Below the pieces are notes generated by a model. The model saw only the letters and a program-made list of their open reading frames with translations. It was not told where the DNA came from and searched no databases. From assembly GCF_009914755.1 (NCBI RefSeq), contig NC_060941.1: DNA of 64,000 bases. One strand, written 5' to 3'. Both the position numbers and the translations under genes were made by a program. This stretch comes from the human T2T-CHM13v2.0 reference genome, Homo sapiens. Positions 52,995 through 64,000 of the stretch are shown here, in pieces (the first letter of the stretch is position 1; every line of letters starts with the position of its first letter).

Positions 52995-54778
52995 GATTTT
53001 TAAGAAATGGACTGAGAATTGTTTTTCTAATTTTTCAAAGACTTATCTAAACATCGCCTCTTCCCTCTCTCTGCCTCCATACTCTTGCCTTAACAACTCA
53101 AAAGTTGCTTTTGGTTTTTAACTTTTTAATTTTTAATTTTTGTGGGTACATAGTAGTTGTACATATTTATGGGGTACTCAAAAGTCATTTTAATGAACAG
53201 AAATTCTTGTGGGAAAATGTCCATGACTCATGGAAAAAAGAAGACACTTTTTTAATGATAAAAACCTCTTCAGTTCAAAAGTACAAAAAGAATTTATATT
53301 TGTTTAAAGCTTGTTTTTATGACAAACTTTACTGCTCTGTGGTGAGATTTCATCTTTGCAATAGATATCTGATGACAGAGTCCAGTTTTAATAAAATTTT
53401 GGGAAATTAAACTTTATTTTCTTTATTAGATTGACAAAATGTGATGTGTCCAAATATCTTATAATTTGAGATTGGCCGTCCCTTTTTAACCTTTTCTGAT
53501 AAGAGGGCAGTGTTATTACCAGTCCTCCTCTCTCGGATGATCACATGCCAGTTTTAACCTATATGCCTGTTTCATATTTGGAAGGGGGCTTTTTAGGGCC
53601 TTCAGAGCAACATTCCAAGGAACAGTGTTCTTGAAGATATTAAACTCATAACCACATATCCTGATGGCTTCAGAGCAAGTTTACAGAGTTCACTGTGAAT
53701 ACAAATGGCATTTTAGGTGGCAAGGAAGGAAAGATTTTGCAGAATGCCATGTTTGTAACCGTTATCCTGGAAATTAAATTAACTAAATGACTTCTAGCTT
53801 GATGAAAAATATCATACATTTGCATGGCACTTTAACTTGAAGTGTTTTCGCATACTAGCTTATTTGATTCTTCCAATAATCTATAAAGTGGGTAGTCCTG
53901 ATATTATCTCTATTTTATTTTATAAATGAGTTGCCCAGTTCACAACAGGCATAAGAGGCAGAGCGGACCTAGCACATAATTTCTGGTTTATTGCCCTTGC
54001 CAGCACCCTAGAAATCTCACACTTTCCAACTTTCTTACTAGGCTAATGACCATGCTGTCAGTCTTTTGAAAACTACTTTAAAATTTGCAGCCAAACAAGC
54101 CAGATCGGTTAAATTTATTAAATAATCATTCAAGTAAAATACTGTCCCTTAACCTTAGGAGCTTATATTTTGAGTGAGGAGGATGTTATTTATACCTGAT
54201 GAAGGTTAGATACAGATTTATATCTAAATCCATTTATTTCGCTGTTAATAGATTTATTTATTTACTTATACTTACATATGCTTCAGAAGCTTGGACTTGA
54301 TTAACTGAATTTGTTATTGGCTCTTTCCTGATAGCTCATAGGTAACAATGACACTGTACAGTGTAGACCATCCAGACCACTTTCTCTCCTTTGCTTTCTT
54401 TTTTATTTTTTTAAGTGACAGGGTCTCGCTCTGTCCCCTAGGCTGGAGTGCAGTGGCTTGATCATAGCTCACTGCAGCCTTAAACTGCTGGACTCAAGTG
54501 ATCCTCCCGCCTCGGCCTCCCAAAGTGTTGAAATTACAGGCATGAGCCACTGCGCCCAGCTTCACTTTCTTTTATACTTTTGGCTTGTCATGGCTCAGGA
54601 ACAACATGAAGTATCAAGATAATGACAATGGAGTCTCAAAAAAGCTCCAATTGCCTTTTTAAACAGCTTTACTAACATATCCACATACCATAAAAGTTAC
54701 CCATTATAGCGTAGAATTACTTTTTTTTTTTTTGTATATTCACAGAGTTGTACTACCCTTACCACAATCAACTTTAGA

Positions 54779-55091
54779 TTTTTTTTTTTTTTTTTTTTTT
54801 TTTTGAGACAGAGCCTTGCTCTGTTGCCCAGGCTGGAGTGCTGTGGTGCATCTTGGGTCACTGCAACCTCCTGGGTTCAAGCCTCCTGGGTTCAAGCGAT
54901 TCTCCTGCCTCAGCCTCCTAAGTAGCTGGGATTACAGGCGCCGGCCACCAAGCTCGGCTAATCTTTTGTATTTTTAGTAAAGACGGGTTTTCGCTATGTT
55001 TGCCAGGCTGATCTCGAGCTCCTGACCTCGTGATCCGCCCACCTTGGCCTACCAAAGTGCTGGGATTACAGGCGTGAGCCATCGCGCCCGC
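54779..55091 (-). mobile_element. Alu with an internal 15-bp duplication, inside an L1MB-like 3'UTR
   Basis: cctcctgggttcaag twice at 54867-54896. Confidence 0.9.
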
Positions 55092-55243
55092 TGAAAATTT
55101 TGATCATCCCAATAAGAAACCACATACCCATTAGCAGTCACTCCCCACTTTCCCCTACCCCCAGCCCTAGGCAACCGCTAATTTTTTTTCTCTACCGATT
55201 TGCCCATCTGGACATTTTGTATACAACATGTGGTCTTTTGTAA

Positions 55244-55531
<288 letters not shown>

Positions 55532-55639
55532 TGAGATTACAGGCGTGAGCCAGTGCACCCAGCCAATTCCCTCTTAATCTAAATATGCTTAAGCGACCAG
55601 ATGCCCTGAACTTCTAGACATTCTCAATCTTCTAACTCA

Positions 55640-56006
<367 letters not shown>

Positions 56007-56100
56007 TTATGCAATGCCAGTCCCAAAAACCTCACCCCACATCATCAATGCCATATTCTTACTCTCCTTCCACAGAATCTTGTTACAAAGACCTCTCTCA

Positions 56101-56267
56101 GGATCAGAAAAAGTAACTATTGGATACTAGACTTCATACCTGGGTGATGAAATAATCTGTACAGTGAACCCCCATGACACAAGTTTACCTATATAACAAA
56201 CTTGCACATGTACCCCGAACCTAAAAGTTAAACAAATTTTTTAAAGCAAAAATAAAAATTTTAATTA
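56101..56267 (+). mobile_element. Old L1PA/L1PB 3' end
   Basis: cctgggtgatgaaataatctgtac...aacaaacttgcacatgtacccc; TSD-like acctctctca on both sides. Confidence 0.75.
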
Positions 56268-56828
56268 AAAAACCTCTCTCAACTGACAAGATCAGTGAAT
56301 TAAATATTACCTATTTCACCTGTTTTCTGGTTATAAATATAGCTCACCACTTTGCAAGAAGGGCCATTGTGAACCATCTTTGGTCTAGAATGCTGTCCAG
56401 TTCCATAATCTTTTTCTTGGTCAAATTTGTTAAATTTATAAATAAATAAATATTGCCTAATTTCTCTGCCCTTAAACTTGGTTACTACCCTCAGTAGGTG
56501 TACCATTTCCTAGTCATTAACCGTATTTAACCTCTCCTCCATCTACTGTCTGAGCTTAGACTGTCCTGCCCAGGGACTTCAAGTGATGAGGCAACCCTGG
56601 GTGGCCATTACGTGACTGACTCTGTAGCTACAGTTGTTTGAATTAGGGGTGACCCCTTACCAAAGTGAGACCAATTTGTGAAATGGCCTAATATAAAAAG
56701 CACCCAAACCATGGACAAGCCAAACTGGGAAACAGCAATGGGAGCAGTGTCTAAAAGGAAATTAAGGCCGGGTGCGGTGGCTCACACCTGTAATGCCAGC
56801 AATTTGGGAGGCCGAGGCGGGTGGATCA

Positions 56829-57169
<341 letters not shown>

Positions 57170-57922
57170 TCAAGATGCTACAAGTTAGCAGAAACTATAG
57201 GTAGAGAAAAGGTGTGAGTAGTTGGTTGGGGAAAAGATTGGGTGCAAAGAGAAGAAACTGAAAGTAGTGAAGTTAACATTAGTAACACTAGTGTCAAAAG
57301 ATTAAGTGGAAGATCCAAGGGTTTCGGTAATGGATCCAATTTAGTCAACTGTTCTGTTCTGGAAGTTTAAGATGATTGGAAATTTCTGTTGTATAACATC
57401 CATGAGGATGGTAGTGATGATACTATCTTTTACTGGTTTACCCAGCTTGTCCTTACAGCATTTCTTGTTAAAGTTTCAAAAGTTGGGTTCTAAAATGTTA
57501 AGAGGCTTCTCTGTGCCCTTACTCACTGCTGCAGTTACCACCACTGCTGCAGACTCTACAACACTGCATCTGAGAAACTGTCCCTTCTAGCCTAGGGAAA
57601 ATCCCATGACTGCTTCATTAAAATGTCCCAAAGGCAATGGAAGAATACAGAATATAACAATTGAAAAACTCAAATTATGTAGGATATTGAGTTCTCCCCT
57701 GGGTAATTATGGGTAACTAATTCCCCATTCAGTCTATTCAAGCAAGAGGCAGGCAGCCCTGGCAGGGGGCTTTATTTTTTACTCTTTATTTTAAGCAAAG
57801 TAACACATACTCATAAAAAGTCATTCTGTTATACAAGGTCTGTTGAGACCACAGCATTTCCCAGCCCCACCTTACCTTTATTTTCCTTGCTTCTGAGTCA
57901 GCTACTTTCAATTCTTTTTGCT

Positions 57923-58123
57923 CAGGAGTTGGTAAACAGCCCATTGGCCAAATCTGGCCAGCTGCCTGGTATGGTAAATAAAGTTTTATTGGAATAGCTA
58001 TGCCCATGTCTGTGGCTGCTTTCACATTACCAGGGCAGAGTTGAGTAGTGGCCACAAAAACCATATGGGTCACATGGACTAAACTATTTGCTATCTGACT
58101 GCAGAAAAAGTTTGCCAACCCCT
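57923..58123. mobile_element. MER58A-like hAT-Charlie DNA transposon fossil
   Basis: terminal inverted repeats caggagttggtaaac / gtttgccaacccct; internal ggccaaatctggcc and gtaaataaagttttattggaa. Confidence 0.75.
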
Positions 58124-58701
58124 ATTTTAGCTGTGGTTTTGACATTTACCTCTATATTGTTAAATTACATGCTTGTGTGGCTACTTTTGTTTTTCCGATT
58201 TAGGCAATATCTATTAATCTCCCAGTATACAATACAAAGATTTAGCTCCTTCCTCAGCATATATACACACACGCTTCCCATCCATTCTTCCCAATATTAT
58301 TACATGGTAATGTAATCAGAATAGATCAATATTCAGTGTTTATATTATCATGATTATGTATGCTATTTACAGCTTAGCCATGTTGTAAATTACAATTATT
58401 TTCCATTCCTGTACATCCTTTTGCTTTCCCTAGAGTTAATGTCAAAAGAAAACTGGAGTGCTATAATATCACACAAGTAGATTTCAGAGCAAAGAATATT
58501 ATAATGATAAAGGTTATTTGATAATGAAAAGTCAATTAAGAAGACATTACAATCTTAAACCTAATAACAGAGCTTCAAAATACATGAAGCTAAAACTGAT
58601 AGAACTTCAAGTCTATAGACATAAAATATTTACCTAGGACTGGGGGATTTGGAGGAAAATAGGAGTGACTAATAGGTATATGGTTTCTTTGTTGGGTATT
58701 A

Positions 58702-59020
<319 letters not shown>

Positions 59021-60193
59021 AAAACTAAAATTGATTGTGGTGAGGGTAGTACAACTATGACTATACTAAACATACAACTTGACTATACTAAACCCCACTG
59101 AATTGCACACTTTAAATGAATGAATTGTATGATATGTGAATTATCGCTCAATAAAACTTTTTAAAAATATTTTTAAAAATATTATACTAGATAGAAATCT
59201 GAATCTATACAAAGACATGGAAACACCAGAAATGATAAATATGTGGGTAAACGTATTTTTCCTATTCAAAAAAATCTTTTTAAAAACCAAGTTACTTTTT
59301 ATAGCAAAAATAATTTATTGTGCATTTATGACATAGTGACAATAGCACAAAACTAGGAGATAAAATGGAAGTATACTTTTCTAAGCTTCTTATACTATAC
59401 ACAAAGTGGTAGATTCTTACTTTAAGGCAGATTGTGATAAGTTTAAGACATATATTAGAAACCCTAAAGCAACAGCTTATATAACAAGCAAAGAAGTATG
59501 GTCAATAAACCAACAAAGGAGGCTGAAGCATGAAAATCATAAGCTGAATCACAGTTGGGAAAAATAGAAAACAAATAGCAATCATACTTTTTTTTTTTTT
59601 TTTTGAGATGGGGTCTGGCTATGTTGTGCATGCTGGCCTCAACCTCCCAAAGTGTTGGGACTACAGGCCTGAGCCACCCCACCCAGCCTGCAATCATAGT
59701 CACTTTAATGAAAATGTTTTAAGCATCCAAATTAAATGGAAGAGACTGTCAGACTGGATAAAAAAGCAAGACCCAACTATTTTCTGTCAACAAGTGATCC
59801 AATTTGAATGTAAATACACAAATAGATTAAAATGGGTTGAAAAAGATACACTATGCTAGCATTAATCAAAAGAAAGCTAGTTATATTGATAGCAGACCAA
59901 GCAGACAAAGAAGAATAAAGGAATAAAGAGGGCCACTTCTTAATGCTATAGAGGTTAGTAGAGGTTAATGCAAGAGAACGTAACAATCCTAAATGTTTAC
60001 ATACCTAATTTCAAAATACACGACACAAACTGATAGAATTGAAAGGAGAAGCAAATTCGCAATTATAGTTGGAGATTTCAACATCCTTATCTCAGTAATT
60101 GATCTCTTTGGCTGCTCTGAGACTAGCTGGGAATGAACCAAGAGTGAATGAGTGCACAGATGTGGGCAGAGTTTTCAAAAAGGTATCATATAT

Positions 60194-60864
<671 letters not shown>

Positions 60865-60998
60865 ATTTTTTTTTTAATAATAATTTTGGTCCTATGTAAG
60901 GTATTATTAATACACAGATTTTCATTTTTCGCCTAATTATCCTGAACCAGTTAAAGTGAACACTTGGAAGGGGGTAGGGGGAATATCGATAGCCATGG

Positions 60999-61173
60999 CA
61001 GTGGTTTTCAAACTTTATCAGAATTACCCGCTGGTTAAAATTCAGATAACTCGCTTCACTCCAAAGTTTCTGATTCTGCAGGTTTGGGGTAGGGCCCGAG
61101 AATTTGTCATTTTAACAGTATCTCCGGTGTTGCTGATGCCGCTGGTCCCAGAACCACACACTGCGAACAACTG
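60999..61173. mobile_element. MER5A-like DNA transposon fossil next to the NSRP1 promoter
   Basis: cagtggttttcaaact ... ctgattctgcaggtttggggtagggcccgagaatttg ... gaacaactg. Confidence 0.7.
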
Positions 61174-61403
61174 GCCTAGAACGTTGTCATTCCTTTCTCC
61201 TACAGATTTTGAGGCAGCCGGTGGGCTCCGAAACAAAACAGAGGTCACTGGATCCGATTCCCAGTACCATAGAAGTGACTCAAACCAGCGATTCAACCGA
61301 CAAGCAGGATCCGGGCCACCCAAAGCCGCGCGAGAGTTTACGTGACGACATCGGCGTCAGCGTCACGGAGGCGTCGGCCACGTTCAGCGGACACGGGAGC
61401 AAG

Positions 61404-61423
61404 ATGGCGATTCCGGGCAGGCA
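61404..61423 (+). CDS. NSRP1: NSRP1 (CCDC55) coding part of exon 1 (MAIPGRQ)
   Basis: aagATGG Kozak context; ca|GTGAGT donor; joins exon 2 in phase 2 to give MAIPGRQYGLILPKK. Confidence 0.93.
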
Positions 61424-61638
61424 GTGAGTGATCCGGGAGTTAGGGTCAGGCTGGGGGATGAGAAACTACGGCGACTGTATCTTTGGCCGAGGAGTTTTAA
61501 ATGCGCTGGAAGTGAAGGGACTGTGTCGTCAAGGGTAGAGACGGGAAAAAACGAGAAGTCCTGAGGAACATAGATTCCCCTCCCCCGTACATTTTCCCGG
61601 ATGGAAGCCCGAAGTTTGAGGGAGAAACTTGTGAGGAA

Positions 61639-61732
61639 ATAAAGGAAGTTAGGCTGAGGGGCAGAGAGCGAGACTTTTCTATTTTCCAAAAGCTCGGTCT
61701 GAGGCCCCTCAGTCTTGCTTCCTAACCCGCGC
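61639..61732 (+). ncRNA. MIR423: pre-miR-423 (5p at 61655-61677 UGAGGGGCAGAGAGCGAGACUUU; 3p at 61691-61713 AGCUCGGUCUGAGGCCCCUCAGU)
   Basis: exact match to the recalled mature sequences; clear hairpin in NSRP1 intron 1. Confidence 0.97.
61646..61720 (-). ncRNA. MIR3184: pre-miR-3184, antisense hairpin overlapping MIR423
   Basis: reverse complement of the same stem; the 5p arm begins UGAGGGGCCUCAGACCGAGC. Confidence 0.8.
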
Positions 61733-62639
61733 TTGAGTTTCTCCCCGCTTGGATGCTCTCAGGGGCAGTGTGAAGAGAGACAGTTCCTGGCTTCCTTAGA
61801 GGGCCTTGTTCTCCTTGGCAGAAGCTCAAGTCCTGATTCCCGCCCTTCCTTCTCGTTTTAGGAATATTGTTCTGAGAAGCCACAGAAAAAGGGTAGGCAT
61901 ATAGGAAATTGGGGTATACGTTGCCGCAAAAGAGACAAATACTGTACGTACTTGAAAGTTTTACCTTTGATGTGTAATCCTTACTTTTGATGCGGCCTCC
62001 CGTGATCTCCGCATCTTAAAGGCCAAAACGTGAGAAACTAAAGGAGTTGGATCTGATGGGATGGTTCTCTCAGATGCTCCGAGGCAAAGCACATGATCTT
62101 AATAAAGTGTAATGCGAACTTGCCCCATGGCTACTTGGGTTTCTCAGTTATCTTTTAAAAATTTTCGTGAGTTACACTATCCAGTCAGTTCTTAGAAACT
62201 GTGTAAGTACACAGTAGGAAAAAAAATCTAGCCATTTTCTTGACTGTTTAGACCACAAGGATAGTTGAAAGCATTTTAAAATCTTTAGTGGACATGAACT
62301 AAACTTTCCACTACACATGTTTTTTTTTTTTTTTTTTAAATGTTACTGTCACTTCGCCATCTTAAAACATTTCTGAACTTTTCATTTACTTCTCTTCTTT
62401 GATAAAAATGGTATTCGAGTTTGGCCCGTGTCCACAAATGATCACTTAGAGTAGTAATTATAGAATCTTACGGCATGTTAGAATTTTGAGATCACTGAGA
62501 AGCAAAAACAGTCTGTTACGTGTTCATAAAGCTTATGACATGTTTTGATTTGGTAGCTTCATGTGGAAGAGGTAGTAGATGTATTTGTTAACATTTAAAC
62601 ATAAAGGTTTAATTTCTATTTCAAAAAAAATATATGCAG

Positions 62640-62733
62640 GTATGGGCTTATTTTGCCAAAGAAAACACAGCAGTTGCACCCTGTTTTGCAAAAACCATCA
62701 GTGTTTGGGAATGATTCTGATGATGATGATGAG
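62640..62733 (+). CDS. NSRP1: NSRP1 exon 2 (YGLILPKKTQQLHPVLQKPSVFGNDSDDDDE)
   Basis: atgcAG acceptor, gag|GTAAGG donor; in frame with exon 1. Confidence 0.93.
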
Positions 62734-63668
62734 GTAAGGAAACCTATGTTTTACTCGTGCATGGTTGGAAATGTAAATTTTTTAAAAATTGAACTTGTGA
62801 CTCTGATACCTTTGCCTTTGTTATTTGTCAGTACAGTGGAGTATAATTTACAGAATTGTCAAAAAGGAAGGTGTAAAGAAAGCAGCTCCACCGATTTTTT
62901 AAAGATTTTTTTCCCTCTAAAAGCTGCAAACTTTACCTTTAAACAAATACACGGTCTTTTCAGACTACTGAAATTGTCATAACAAAATTGTTGGTGTAAA
63001 GATCCCTAGGTATGAGTTATTAAGATGTCACCAATTTTCTACAAATTTTTATTAGCAAAGCAGTTTTTAATTTGTTAACCATGAGCTAAGATCACTATAT
63101 AACAGTTCTTAACAACGCTACTTTTTTTTTAAATTCAGTGTCTGCCAAATGTAATTGCTCAGTTATAATCGTGGTAGTGAATAGTTACTCTTGATAGTAC
63201 TACAGTAACATCTAATATCAACATTTTCTATTTTAGCAGCCAAAACTACTTCTGTGAAACCCACAGTTATATATCAGAAACAATCCCAAATGTGTGCTTT
63301 TCTTTTCTCTTTTTTTTTTTTTTTTTGAAACAGTGTCTTGCTCAGTTGCCCAGGCTGGAGTGCAATGCCGCGATCTCGGCTCACTGCAACCTCCGCCTCC
63401 TGGGTTCAAGCGATTCTCTTGCCTAATCTTCCTGAGTAGCTGGGATTACAGGCACCTGCCATCATGACCAGCTAATTTTTGTATTTTTGTAGAGACAGGG
63501 TCTCACCATGTTGGCCGGGCTAGTCTTGAACTCCTGACCTCAGGTGATCTGCCTGCCTCAGCTTCCCAAAGTGCTGGGATTACAGGCGTAAGCCACCGCA
63601 CCCAGTAAATATGTGCTTTTCCAATACTCCCATCATGTTTTAATATTTTTTTTTCTTTTTTTTTTTGA

Positions 63669-63773
<105 letters not shown>

Positions 63774-64000
63774 TGAGTAGCTGGGGTTACAGGTGCCTGC
63801 CACCATGCCTGGCTAATTTTTATTTTTTTATTTTTTTGTATTTTTAGTATTTTTAATATTTTTTGTATTTAGTAGATTTTCCTGCCTCAGCCTCCTGAGT
63901 AGCTGGGATTACAGGTGCCCCACCACCACGCCCAGCTAATTTTTATATTTTTAGGAGAGACGGGGTTTCACCATGTTGGCCAGGCTGGTCTTGAACCTAA

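Larger units (their letters stand above)
61200..61760 (+). promoter_or_regulatory. NSRP1: NSRP1 CpG-island promoter with CRE/ATF half-sites and a YY1-like motif over the ATG
   Basis: high CpG density; ttacgtgacg and gcgtcagcgtcac at 61338-61366; caagatggcg at 61400-61409. Confidence 0.8.

Overview
Human genomic DNA, recognisable as the EFCAB5/NSRP1 locus (17q11.2). The + strand carries the last 11 coding exons of EFCAB5 (1012-52583). All splice phases join correctly, giving about 715 codons with one canonical EF-hand and two GAF-like repeats. The NSRP1 CpG-island promoter and exons 1-2 follow, with the MIR423/MIR3184 sense-antisense hairpin in intron 1. The rest is repeat-dense (about 45 Alu/FLAM pieces, L1, L2, MIR, LTR, MER). 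An 11.4-kb intronic L1MA has acted as a landing pad for Alus, a full-length STX18 retrocopy and a very young L1HS-Ta1 3' fragment with no target-site duplication (TSD). Other signals worth checking are two inverted Alus 4 kb apart that share private mutations (a gene-conversion signature), a divergent CTCF motif pair and a Y4 RNA retrocopy. I see no evidence of a wholly new system. The best leads are the probably polymorphic L1HS-Ta1, the tandem GAF-like module of EFCAB5, the L1-STX18 chimeric ORF and the Alu conversion tract. Family and subfamily calls come from recalled consensus sequences, not from database searches.
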